A stretch of 64,000 bases of DNA from Candidatus Omnitrophota bacterium (GTDB lineage: Bacteria > Omnitrophota > Gorgyraeia > Gygaellales > Profunditerraquicolaceae), in the NCBI GenBank assembly GCA_028712255.1, contig JAQTQJ010000007.1, positions 10,425 through 74,424 of the forward strand, given 5' to 3'. A model generated the notes under the pieces. It ran no database searches. It was not told where the DNA came from and saw nothing but the letters and a program-made list of their open reading frames with translations. A program made the position numbers and the translations under genes. Positions 29,252 to 39,048 of this stretch are shown here, one piece after another (positions within the stretch are counted from its first letter, which is position 1; every line of letters begins with the position of its first letter).

Positions 29252-30630
29252 TGTCCAATATTAAAATAAAAGATATTTTATCGAATATCCGAAATATTTT
29301 CTCTAAAAGAATTATTTTTTGGATTTGTATTAGCGTAGGCATTATTTTATTAGTAAATTATTTTTTGAACCTAGTTGTAGTATTAGGGCACCATGTTCCC
29401 GTTAGATCGATTAGAATTGAATATACCTTTGCAAATAAGGTTTTGTCCGGGTGGCGCTATTTTTCGGTGCAATGGCTTAAAATTGATTATATTTATGGAT
29501 TGTTTTGGGGGATTATTTTGGGCTTAAGTATTTTTATCTGGCCAATACGCCAAAAAGATAAAAAAGCTGTTTTTATTGCCTGGTGTATTAAATTATTTGT
29601 GGTCTTATTCCTGATGCTTTTTTATGAATGGCATTATTATTGTTTGGATTCTTATGGCTATTATAATGCCACTTTTTACAATAGATCAGAATGGCCTTTT
29701 ATGAGTATTCAGGGCTCTATTTTTGCTATGGTTAACCTTATTTGGTTGCAACAGCAAATTATACCTTCTTTTCACGCTGTGAAAGTTAGTTTTGCTATGC
29801 TTGGCCTAGTAGCTATCTATATCTTCTATCGCGGGATAGTTATTTTTTTAAAACAGGAGAAAATAAGTTTATTCTATATTCTTGTTTTTTTCCCTTCTAT
29901 TCTGTTTTGGTCATCAATATTGGGCAAGGACCCAATATCATTTTTAGGTATGGCTTTGTATGTTTATGGTGCTATTGGATGGTATTGTCGTAGGAAGAGG
30001 TTATATCTTTTGATTCTGATATTAGGCCTTCTAGTATCAATTTACATAAGAGCTTGGCTTGGCTTAATTTTGCTTGTACCTTTTATAGCATTATTCTTTT
30101 TAGGTTTAAAAAAATCAGGTAAAATATGGTTTTTGTTATCAGTTACGGGTTTTATTGTTTTATTTAAGAATATGCTAATTAAATTCTTCCAGCCCCAAAG
30201 TTTGGATAAATTAGTTAAAACAGCTAATCAAATGAGCTATGGTTTTGATGCAGGAGGTAGCGCCCTGAGATCACATGAACATTTTTCGGATATAATCCAG
30301 ATGCTGTTTTATATTCCAAGAGGTATGTTTACCGCTTTATTCCGTCCTCTGCCTGGAGAAGTGCATAATCTTTTTGGTTTTTTAGCAGGAATAGAAAACA
30401 TTTTAATTTTAATAATTTTGCTGTTTGCGATACGCAAGCTTCGTTGGGCAGACCTAAAAGAGCCGTTATTTATTTGGGCAATCTTATTGATTTTGGCCTG
30501 GGGGAGTGTTTATTCATTCTTAGCGTATAATCTGGGAACGATATCGCGTTATCGGTTTCAAATTATGCCTATTTTGTTAATTCTAATATTGTACCCGTTT
30601 AGAAAAAGACATGTAACAGAGAAAGGCTAG
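29251..30630 (+). CDS. Integral membrane protein (multi-TM; putative polymerase or GT-C-like transferase)
   Basis: Highly hydrophobic 459-aa ORF with many predicted TM segments. No assignable motif. Confidence 0.4.
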   Translation: MSNIKIKDILSNIRNIFSKRIIFWICISVGIILLVNYFLNLVVVLGHHVPVRSIRIEYTFANKVLSGWRYFSVQWLKIDYIYGLFWGIILGLSIFIWPIRQKDKKAVFIAWCIKLFVVLFLMLFYEWHYYCLDSYGYYNATFYNRSEWPFMSIQGSIFAMVNLIWLQQQIIPSFHAVKVSFAMLGLVAIYIFYRGIVIFLKQEKISLFYILVFFPSILFWSSILGKDPISFLGMALYVYGAIGWYCRRKRLYLLILILGLLVSIYIRAWLGLILLVPFIALFFLGLKKSGKIWFLLSVTGFIVLFKNMLIKFFQPQSLDKLVKTANQMSYGFDAGGSALRSHEHFSDIIQMLFYIPRGMFTALFRPLPGEVHNLFGFLAGIENILILIILLFAIRKLRWADLKEPLFIWAILLILAWGSVYSFLAYNLGTISRYRFQIMPILLILILYPFRKRHVTEKG

Positions 30631-30635
30631 TTCTA

Positions 30636-31637
30636 ATGAAAATGTATTATTCAGATAAAATTGCCTTACTTAAGGATATTTTTGGCACTGATCATTGTGA
30701 GTTGAAAGACGATCGGTTGGTAATTTCCGGAAAAGAATTCCCTATTATTAATGATGTTATTATACTTTTAGAGCCGTCAAAATGGCCGGCAACTCTTAGA
30801 AAAAAAGTACAGATTGGTAAAACCGATAATTCTGAATTTATCTCTGATTTTGCGGAAGACATCCAATTTACTTTTGGTGCAGAATGGGTTAAATACCCTC
30901 ATATTCTGGCTGAACATGAGAAGGAATTCCTGTTAAATTTCGAACTTATTGATTTAAGCAGCCTCAAAAACTCTCGAGTTTGTGATTTAGGCTGTGGGAT
31001 AGGAAGATGGAGCTATTTTCTCTATGATAAATGCCGTGAACTTGTTATGATTGATTTTTCTGAGGCGATTTTTGTGGCCCGCGAAAATTTAAGAAAATCC
31101 GATAATACAGTTTTTATAATGGGAGATTTAACAAATTTACCGTTAAAGGAGAAATTTGCGGATTTTCTGTTTTGCATAGGGGTATTGCATCATCTGCCGT
31201 TTAACGCCTTGGATATGGTTAGAAAATTAAAAAAGTATTCTTCGCAGATATTGATCTATCTGTATTATTCTTTAGATAACCGGCCTTGGTTTCATCGTGT
31301 TTTACTTTCTATTGTAACTGCTGTACGTAGCTTGGTTACAAAAATTCGAGCTCCTGTTTTTCGTTCCATATTTGTGGAATTAGTGGCAATACTGGTTTAT
31401 TGTCCGTTTATTCTGTTGGGTAAAATCTTTAATTTATTCGGTTGGGCGCATTATATCCCGCTTGAGTATTATAAGGGGATGAGCCTTAAGCGGATTCGTC
31501 AAGACGTATATGACCGTTTTTTTACCCGCATAGAGCAGCGTTTCAGCCGGAAAGAGATTATGGTTTTAAGAGATACTTTTAAAGATGTCAAGGTATCAGA
31601 AAATCTTCCTTATTGGCATTTCTTGTGTATAGATTAA
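30636..31637 (+). CDS. Class I SAM-dependent methyltransferase with C-terminal hydrophobic segment
   Basis: Motif I 'VCDLGCGIGRWSYF'. The C-terminus 'VELVAILVYCPFILLG' is hydrophobic. Confidence 0.6.
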   Translation: MKMYYSDKIALLKDIFGTDHCELKDDRLVISGKEFPIINDVIILLEPSKWPATLRKKVQIGKTDNSEFISDFAEDIQFTFGAEWVKYPHILAEHEKEFLLNFELIDLSSLKNSRVCDLGCGIGRWSYFLYDKCRELVMIDFSEAIFVARENLRKSDNTVFIMGDLTNLPLKEKFADFLFCIGVLHHLPFNALDMVRKLKKYSSQILIYLYYSLDNRPWFHRVLLSIVTAVRSLVTKIRAPVFRSIFVELVAILVYCPFILLGKIFNLFGWAHYIPLEYYKGMSLKRIRQDVYDRFFTRIEQRFSRKEIMVLRDTFKDVKVSENLPYWHFLCID

Positions 31638-31676
31638 AGTCTGTGATTATAATTTTTTTCGGTAAAATTGGAGGAA

Positions 31677-33062
31677 ATGATGTTGCATCAAATTAGTGAT
31701 TTTATAAAAAAGATAAGTTTAACTGAAAAGCTATTATATTTGTATATTATTCTGATTCCCGTAATGAGAGTGCCATATTTGCCGTTTGTAGGGCAGAAAA
31801 TACAGTATTCTGATATAGTTTTTTTACTTTTATTTTTCATTTGGCTAGTTCAGTTAATTAAAGGTGGGAGATCTTTTTTAAACTTGCCTCTAAAGTTTTC
31901 TCTTGGAGGTATGTTGATAGTTTTTCTTTTTTCCTTTGTCCATACAGAACATTTGGCCAGAAGCGGCCTTGAATATGCGGGGATTTTATATTTGGTTAGT
32001 TTATATGTTGTATTGTGTCAAACGGTTGATTCTCAAGCAGTATGGTGGCGTTTAATTAAATGTTGGTGTCTGGTTAGTTTGTTGATTGCCCTGACTGGCA
32101 TCGGCGCTTATTTTATTTCTGTAATCAGCGGACATCCTAACTTTTTAGTGGTTGATCATGAGTTTCTTGGCAATGCCAATCAAGAATTGGTTTTGCGTTT
32201 AGCTTCTATTTTTCGTCATCCTGCCATGTTGACTATGTATTTACATACCACTATTGTTTTTGGTTTTGTTCTTGCAGCTAGGAAAAATAATGGTAAATGG
32301 TGTTTCTGGGGGTATTCAATAGTCGTTTTATGTTTTATCGCTGCCCTTTTAACAAAAACTAGGTGTAATGCAGGAATTGCTTTTACCATATTTTGCGGAT
32401 TAGCTTTTATGCCCAAAGAAAACATTTATATTTTAATATTGCGCTATGCGTCTTTTATCTATGCTTTAGTCCTTATGATTGCAGTAGTTTTTCTAACTGT
32501 ATGGTGGATTTTTCCGGTTCATGTACAAAGAAATTTAGAGCGCCAAACCGTAACTATCGAATTAAACTCCGCGCATCAGCCTTATTTTATGCAACATATG
32601 ATAGAGACCAAAATTATTAGGGATTTTCCTTGGGTAGGCGTTGGGATGGGTATGTCGAACGATAAGGCAATCGATTATATACACTATCGTGATATTGAGA
32701 AACCATTTCGTATGTTATATCCTGATTTAAGGGAAGATCAAGTAAGTAGGTATAAAACAAGCATTGATCCTCATTCAATGTATTTAGGTATTGCTGCTGA
32801 AACTGGTTTATTGGGTTTAACTGCTTTGCTATTCTTTTTATTTAGAACTGTATGTTTTTTTTGTAAAGCAATAAAACAAGAGATTAATATTGAGAATAGG
32901 TATATTAATCAGATAATTCTGGCAGGGCTGGGAGGTTTTTTGTTTAATGCTTTGTATGTGGATATGCTTACGGTGCGTTCTTTTTGGTTCTTGATCGCTA
33001 TGGGCGTGATTTATATAAGCATAAGTAGGCATAAAGAAACCGGGTTAGAAGAGCGGGGATAA
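31677..33062 (+). CDS. O-antigen ligase/polymerase-like (Wzy_C-type) membrane protein
   Basis: Multi-TM protein with a periplasmic-loop region and 'GIAAETGLLGLTALLFFLF' typical of the Wzy_C family. RBS 'ggagg' upstream. Confidence 0.6.
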   Translation: MMLHQISDFIKKISLTEKLLYLYIILIPVMRVPYLPFVGQKIQYSDIVFLLLFFIWLVQLIKGGRSFLNLPLKFSLGGMLIVFLFSFVHTEHLARSGLEYAGILYLVSLYVVLCQTVDSQAVWWRLIKCWCLVSLLIALTGIGAYFISVISGHPNFLVVDHEFLGNANQELVLRLASIFRHPAMLTMYLHTTIVFGFVLAARKNNGKWCFWGYSIVVLCFIAALLTKTRCNAGIAFTIFCGLAFMPKENIYILILRYASFIYALVLMIAVVFLTVWWIFPVHVQRNLERQTVTIELNSAHQPYFMQHMIETKIIRDFPWVGVGMGMSNDKAIDYIHYRDIEKPFRMLYPDLREDQVSRYKTSIDPHSMYLGIAAETGLLGLTALLFFLFRTVCFFCKAIKQEINIENRYINQIILAGLGGFLFNALYVDMLTVRSFWFLIAMGVIYISISRHKETGLEERG

Positions 33063-33069
33063 TTTTATT

Positions 33070-34845
33070 ATGTGTGGTATAGCCGGAAAAATAAATTGGA
33101 ACTCGGCCGTGGGTACAGAAGTAGTAACCAAGATGTGCGATATGATGCGGCATCGCGGTCCAGATGACCACGGTATTGTTAGTCTGGGTAATATTACCCT
33201 TGGGCATAGAAGGCTTTCTATTATTGATCTGTCGGAAAATGCGCGCCAACCTATGGTGTCTTCCGATTCCCGGTATTTTATTGTTTATAATGGCGAGGTA
33301 TATAATTTCAAGGAGTTAAAGAAAGAGCTAGAGGAGCTAGGTGTTAGTTTTCGTTCATTATCTGACACTGAAGTAGTCCTTTATGCGTATATACATTGGG
33401 GTATAAAGTGCCTGGATAAGTTTAACGGCATGTTTGCTTTTGCTGTCTGGGATAATTATCGCAAGGAGTTGTTTATGGCCAGAGATAGGTTTGGTAAAAA
33501 ACCACTCTATTATTATAAAGATAGGAATAGATTGATTTTTGCTTCGGAGTTAAGCGCGCTTATCTGTGATAGCGATATTCCCCGTGAGATTTCTTATGAA
33601 GCCTTGAATTCTTATCTGGCCTTAGGTTATATTCTTTCACCGTTAACGATGTATAAAAATATATTTAAACTTGAAGCCGCTACGTACATGAGTATATCTG
33701 ATTCGGGAAAAACCTTAAAAAAAACCAGGTATTGGAACTATGCGGATCAATTTAGAGTAAAAACAAACTTAAGTGAAGATGATATCGCTTCAAGAGTTTT
33801 AAGCTTGCTTGAAAATGCGATTAAAAAGCGTATGGTAAGTGATGTACCGATAGGTGCGTTTTTGAGTGGTGGTATTGACTCTAGCTCGGTTACAAGTCTT
33901 ATGAAGAAATACCATAAAGGCCAGCTTCATACATTTAGTATGGGTTTTGACCAGCCAAGTTATAGTGAAATTAAAGATGCCGCTCGTGCAGCGCGTTGGA
34001 TCGGCACGATTCATCATGAAAAAATATGTAAGGCTGGAGAAAGTATTAATCAGATTAATGACGCTATCGGTGTTTACGATGAACCGTTTTCAGACACTTC
34101 GCTTATTCCGACATTTGAACTCTCAAGGTTAACTTCTTCTTATGTCAAAGTCGCTTTATCCGGGGACGGAGCCGATGAAATATTTGCCGGATATGTAACT
34201 TATATGGCTGATCGCTATTATGGATACGCAAAGATTCTACCTGTATTCCTAAAGAGGTTGTTATCGCGTATGCCTGAATTGTTGCCTAGTTTCAGGCATA
34301 GAAAAATGAGTTTTGGTTATAGGCAAAAGCAGTTTTTTTATGGCTCACTGCATCCGGCCCAGCAGGCGCATTATTTATGGCGGATTATTTTTAATCCTGA
34401 GGAAAGGATCCGGATATTGGGTCAAGGACACCGGGAGTTAGTCTATGATACTGATCCCTATTTGACTTTTAAGAAATATTATGCCCAAGCGCAAGATTTA
34501 CATTGGTTAGATAGGTATCTTTATGTTGATGCTATGACTTGGTTGACTGATGATATCCTTGTTAAGGTTGATCGGGCATCGATGAGAAATAGCCTTGAGG
34601 TTAGATCGCCGTATCTTGATGTAGATTTAGTAAGTTTTGCGGCTTCAATTCCTGCGGATTTAAAATTAAGGGGATTTAATACAAAATATATTCTAAAAAA
34701 AGCGCTTCGAAATACTTTACCTGATTTTATACTTAAAAAGAAAAAGAGCGGTTTTAGCGCTCCCGTAGGGAGTTGGATTGGTTACGACGGAATCGATGAA
34801 TTTAAAGCTTTTAATCAGTTTGTTTTTGGTAAGTTCGTTTCTTAA
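33070..34845 (+). CDS. Asparagine synthetase (glutamine-hydrolysing) family amidotransferase
   Basis: N-terminal 'MCGIAG' Ntn-cysteine and PP-loop 'FLSGGIDSS'. Confidence 0.85.
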   Translation: MCGIAGKINWNSAVGTEVVTKMCDMMRHRGPDDHGIVSLGNITLGHRRLSIIDLSENARQPMVSSDSRYFIVYNGEVYNFKELKKELEELGVSFRSLSDTEVVLYAYIHWGIKCLDKFNGMFAFAVWDNYRKELFMARDRFGKKPLYYYKDRNRLIFASELSALICDSDIPREISYEALNSYLALGYILSPLTMYKNIFKLEAATYMSISDSGKTLKKTRYWNYADQFRVKTNLSEDDIASRVLSLLENAIKKRMVSDVPIGAFLSGGIDSSSVTSLMKKYHKGQLHTFSMGFDQPSYSEIKDAARAARWIGTIHHEKICKAGESINQINDAIGVYDEPFSDTSLIPTFELSRLTSSYVKVALSGDGADEIFAGYVTYMADRYYGYAKILPVFLKRLLSRMPELLPSFRHRKMSFGYRQKQFFYGSLHPAQQAHYLWRIIFNPEERIRILGQGHRELVYDTDPYLTFKKYYAQAQDLHWLDRYLYVDAMTWLTDDILVKVDRASMRNSLEVRSPYLDVDLVSFAASIPADLKLRGFNTKYILKKALRNTLPDFILKKKKSGFSAPVGSWIGYDGIDEFKAFNQFVFGKFVS

Positions 34846-34858
34846 AGGGATCTAAGCA

Positions 34859-35926
34859 ATGAATCTATCCGCAATCTATGAAAATATCCTGAATTGCCAC
34901 GGGCTTTTGGCGTATCTTTATGGTAATGGAATGGCATTTGCACCTTTACGGATTCAGTTAGAAGTAACCGGAATGTGTAATCTAAGATGCGAATTTTGCT
35001 GCCAGGATCAGGATTATAAGTGCGGCAAAGAAGAACTAACCCTTTCAGAAATCAAATCAGTTATCGACCAGGTGCCGAGGTTTACTCTACTAACGTTCTC
35101 AGGAGGAGAACCGCTTTTAAGGAAAGATATCAAAGAGATAATAAGTTATGCATTAGAGAGGAAGCATTTCTGTAATATAAGCACTAATGGCGTTTTGCTT
35201 AATAATGAGATTATTGAATTATTGGTAAGAAAAGGATTTTTGGCAATTAGTGTCTCTTTGGATGGTATGGGTGAAATCCATGATAAGTTACGTGGAGTTC
35301 CACAGACATTTAGTAAAGTAAAGAATAATCTTATTGCCCTTTCTAGATCTAAAAAAGAGCAGAAGAAAAAATTTCCATTGCTGGATATTAAAACTATCAT
35401 TACCGATAAGAACATTGATGAGCTTGTTAAACTGTATTCTTTTTGCGAAAGTATAAGCGCAGATTTCTTTACTCTTTCATTGCTTAAGATAAATCAGGCT
35501 CAATTTAATCCATCCTCGCTTAAAGATAATATTGAAGATGAATTTTTTTATCGCCGAGGTTCAAGAGTTAATTTAGAGACAAGTAGGTTAATAAGTGCTT
35601 TAGAACAGCTGGAAAAATTAAAAGGAAAGACTAAGATTAGGCTTTATCCCCGTTTTAGGTCTTTGAAAGAACTCCAGAATTTTTTAGCCGGTAAATGCGG
35701 TTCTCAGGTGAGCACCTCTGCTTGTCTTGAACCATGGTCATCATTTCAGATTAATGCTTTTGGCCGGGCTTATCCATGTTTATCATATAAAGTAGGCAAC
35801 GTAAAGGAACAGACATTAAAAGAAATATGGGGATCGGAGCGTTTTGTTTCTTTTAGAAGGCGATTGAAAAAGATTAAACTTTTTCCTTCATGCGATGGCT
35901 GCTGTTATTTAAAGATGAGGATTTAA
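34859..35926 (+). CDS. Radical SAM enzyme with C-terminal SPASM/twitch-like Cys-rich domain
   Basis: 'VTGMCNLRCEFCCQ' (CxxxCxxC) and C-terminal 'CLSY...PSCDGCCY'. Confidence 0.75.
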   Translation: MNLSAIYENILNCHGLLAYLYGNGMAFAPLRIQLEVTGMCNLRCEFCCQDQDYKCGKEELTLSEIKSVIDQVPRFTLLTFSGGEPLLRKDIKEIISYALERKHFCNISTNGVLLNNEIIELLVRKGFLAISVSLDGMGEIHDKLRGVPQTFSKVKNNLIALSRSKKEQKKKFPLLDIKTIITDKNIDELVKLYSFCESISADFFTLSLLKINQAQFNPSSLKDNIEDEFFYRRGSRVNLETSRLISALEQLEKLKGKTKIRLYPRFRSLKELQNFLAGKCGSQVSTSACLEPWSSFQINAFGRAYPCLSYKVGNVKEQTLKEIWGSERFVSFRRRLKKIKLFPSCDGCCYLKMRI

Positions 35927-35937
35927 CCTAAAAACTA

Positions 35938-36711
35938 ATGGCTCAGCTAAAACAAAGCGAATGGCATAAACAATGGGAAATATTCCGGGATGAAGAGTTG
36001 TTTCTTTTTCAGGATTGGATTTATCCGGTAAGACTGGAAGATTTTCAGGGTAAAGATGTCCTGGAGTGTGGATGCGGCGGCGGCCAGCACACATCATTCA
36101 TTGCTCCTTATGCTAAAAGTATTACCGCAGTAGATCTCAATACCGTCGATATTGCAGTCAAGAGAAATAAGGATTTTAAAAATATTGAGTTTATAGAAGC
36201 CGATATTGCTTCAATGGATCTGGGTAAAAAATTCGATATAGTATTTTCTATTGGCGTAGTGCATCATACAGAGAATCCTGATAAGGTAGTAGAAAATCTT
36301 AAGAGGCACGTTTTACCGGGAGGAAGATTGATTCTTTGGGTCTATTCCCAGGAAGGGAATTTTTTAGTATCTAATATTGTTGAGCCACTTAGAAAAGTAT
36401 TTTTGCGGCACCTAAATAAACGAGTACTTATGTTTTGTTCTAAGGTGATTACCTTATTGTTGTATCCTATTGTCTATTCTCTATATCGGTTTCCTTTGCA
36501 CTGGTTGCCTTATTATGAGTATTTTGAGAATTTCCGCAAATTATCTTTGACCAGAAACTGCCTTAATGTTTTTGATAAGCTTAACGCTCCGCAGGTAGAA
36601 TTTATTTCGAAAAAGAGAATAACGGATTGGTTTCCCATGGAAGATTTTAAAAATGTTCATATTTCTTCTTATAAGGGGGTTAGCTGGAGAGGTAGCGCAG
36701 CAAAAATATGA
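35938..36711 (+). CDS. Class I SAM-dependent methyltransferase
   Basis: Motif I 'VLECGCGGGQH'. Confidence 0.7.
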   Translation: MAQLKQSEWHKQWEIFRDEELFLFQDWIYPVRLEDFQGKDVLECGCGGGQHTSFIAPYAKSITAVDLNTVDIAVKRNKDFKNIEFIEADIASMDLGKKFDIVFSIGVVHHTENPDKVVENLKRHVLPGGRLILWVYSQEGNFLVSNIVEPLRKVFLRHLNKRVLMFCSKVITLLLYPIVYSLYRFPLHWLPYYEYFENFRKLSLTRNCLNVFDKLNAPQVEFISKKRITDWFPMEDFKNVHISSYKGVSWRGSAAKI

Positions 36712-38156
36712 AAAAACTAAAGATTCTTCTTCAAGAGCCTTTTGTTCCCAGAGAGGTTACCTATGGTAAGTTTGCAAAAGGCGCTGGTACCAATACATTC
36801 TCTTACGGTATGGCTTGTCTTGCTACTTATATTAAGGAGCGAGGTTATGATGTTTATTTTCTTGATCCTAACCTAAAAGGGATGAACCAAGCAGAATATA
36901 AGGAGTTTTTGGAATTTAATAAATTTGACGTAATTGGTATCGGTTCTACAACATTACAAATAGATTATGCTTTAGAATGTTTTAAGGTTATAAAAAGCAT
37001 TTTTCCACGCACAATTACCGTATTAGGCGGCGTTCACGCTACGCTTATGCCGCAAGAAACCATTTGTGCTAGCGCAGATATAGATTATCTGATATTGGGG
37101 GAAGGTGAAAAGCCTTTTTATCATCTGTTAGAGAAATTGATAAAAGGCGATATTGCTGCTATCAAAAATATTTCCGGGGTTTGTTATAAATCAGAAACTA
37201 ACATTATTTTTAATATGCCGAATGAGGATGATTTTTTGGCTCCGGAAGAGATACCGCTTCCGTATTTTGATATATTTTCAATGCGGGAGTATGTGCCTCA
37301 AGTAACTTTTGCTAAAGCTTTTCCGTCATACACAGTCATTGCTTCTCGGGGGTGTCCGTTTCAGTGCGCCTTTTGTAATGCTAGTGCTACCGTGGGTAAG
37401 AAAGTCAGGTTAAGGCAGCCAGAGTCCTTATTGGAAGAAATACGTATCCTTAAAGAAAAATACGGGGCTAAGGGGATAATGTTCCTAGATTCTACATTTA
37501 CGATCAATAAATCCTGGCTTACGCAATTCTGCCGGGCCTATATTCAATCGGGATTAAATTTACCCTGGGCTGCTAATAGCCGCGTGGATACTGTAGATAA
37601 GGATCTTTTGATGCTTATGAAAGAAGCCGGGTGCTGGAATATTACTTTTGGTATCGAATCAGCAAATCAGAAATCGCTGGATCTTATTGATAAGGGGACG
37701 ACCGTCCAACAGAATACGTCAGCTATTCAAATGGCTTTAAGGATAGGGTTTAATGTTTATACCAGCCATATAATTTGCCTGCCCGGGGAAACAGAGGATG
37801 ATGCCGATAACACAATCCGTTATGCCCGCAGTATGGGCAATCACATGGCGATGTTTTACCTACCCGTGCCTTTTCCTAAGACAAAACTAAATCAGATATG
37901 TAGGGATACCGGGGGGTTAAGGGAAGGGGCTGCCTGGCGAGATTATAACGCATGGGATTATTCGAAACCGGTATATGTAAGCCCGATTCTGGGTAAAGAA
38001 AAAATGTTTGAGCTTTACAAGAAAGCCTATATAAGTTTTTATTCTAATCCTGTTGTCTGGTACCGTAATGCCAAAGATATGGTATTATTGAAGCAAAACC
38101 CCTATCGTTTTTGGCTAGGTTTAAAGTCATTCTTTTCTTTTATCTTTCACAGGTAA
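36708..38156 (+). CDS. B12-binding domain radical SAM enzyme
   Basis: N-terminal B12-binding-like Rossmann ('VIGIGSTT', 'VLGGVHAT'). CxxxCxxC motif 'SRGCPFQCAFCNAS'. Confidence 0.85.
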   Translation: MKKLKILLQEPFVPREVTYGKFAKGAGTNTFSYGMACLATYIKERGYDVYFLDPNLKGMNQAEYKEFLEFNKFDVIGIGSTTLQIDYALECFKVIKSIFPRTITVLGGVHATLMPQETICASADIDYLILGEGEKPFYHLLEKLIKGDIAAIKNISGVCYKSETNIIFNMPNEDDFLAPEEIPLPYFDIFSMREYVPQVTFAKAFPSYTVIASRGCPFQCAFCNASATVGKKVRLRQPESLLEEIRILKEKYGAKGIMFLDSTFTINKSWLTQFCRAYIQSGLNLPWAANSRVDTVDKDLLMLMKEAGCWNITFGIESANQKSLDLIDKGTTVQQNTSAIQMALRIGFNVYTSHIICLPGETEDDADNTIRYARSMGNHMAMFYLPVPFPKTKLNQICRDTGGLREGAAWRDYNAWDYSKPVYVSPILGKEKMFELYKKAYISFYSNPVVWYRNAKDMVLLKQNPYRFWLGLKSFFSFIFHR

Positions 38157-38169
38157 TCAGGAGGCCTAA

Positions 38170-39048
38170 ATGATTAGCGTTATCGTTCCGGTGTATAACG
38201 AAGAGAAAGCAATAATAAAGACTCTAAATGAACTCCAGGTGGTTTTAGAAGATGAATTTAAGGATTACGAGATCATTGTTGTTAATGACGGTTCAACCGA
38301 TACAACTTCCGATAGGATTAGGGAATGTGGAATAAAAGATTTGGTTTTGATTAATCATATCGAAAATCTCGGATACGGTAAATCATTGCTCGACGGGATT
38401 TTGATTGCCCGGAATAATTGTATTGGAATCATTGATGGTGATAATTCCTACAACCCAAAAGATATAAAAAAATTATACAGCTATTTTGGCCAATATGATA
38501 TGGTTGTAGGTGCGCGCCAAGGAAAAGAATACAGCCGCGGAGTATTGAAGCGACCTGCAAGATTGTTTTTTAAAATGCTGGCCGAATATGCTTCAGGAAG
38601 GAAAATACCTGACGTGAATTCGGGTCTACGCCTATTTAAAAAAGAGATTGTTTTAGATTTTCAGGGTTCATTGTGTACAGGTTTTTCTTTTACTACGACT
38701 CTGACTCTTATTTTTCTGCTCAATCATTATTTCGTTAAATACGTTTCTATCGAATACGTAAAACGTGCAGGAAAAAGTAAAGTTAATCATATTCGCGATA
38801 CTCTTTTTGTCGGACAGATTATTGTCGAAGCGATTCTTTACTATGATCCTCTCAAACTTTTTTTTCTTTTGGCTTCATGCAATGCCACTTTCGGACTACT
38901 CTTGGGTTTATTTAATTTTTTGATTTTTAAGACCTTCTTTTTTTCGTTGTTAGCAGTTATCTGTATCGCAAGTTTCATACCGGTTTTCTCCCTTGGGTTG
39001 ATTGCAGATCAGCTTAAAAAGGTCTACAATCTAAATAAAAAAACATGA
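38170..39048 (+). CDS. GT2 glycosyltransferase, polyprenyl-phosphate sugar transferase-like (ArnC/GtrB/DPM1-like)
   Basis: 'ISVIVPVYNEE', 'VVNDGSTDTT' and 'DGD', plus C-terminal TM helices. Confidence 0.75.
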   Translation: MISVIVPVYNEEKAIIKTLNELQVVLEDEFKDYEIIVVNDGSTDTTSDRIRECGIKDLVLINHIENLGYGKSLLDGILIARNNCIGIIDGDNSYNPKDIKKLYSYFGQYDMVVGARQGKEYSRGVLKRPARLFFKMLAEYASGRKIPDVNSGLRLFKKEIVLDFQGSLCTGFSFTTTLTLIFLLNHYFVKYVSIEYVKRAGKSKVNHIRDTLFVGQIIVEAILYYDPLKLFFLLASCNATFGLLLGLFNFLIFKTFFFSLLAVICIASFIPVFSLGLIADQLKKVYNLNKKT

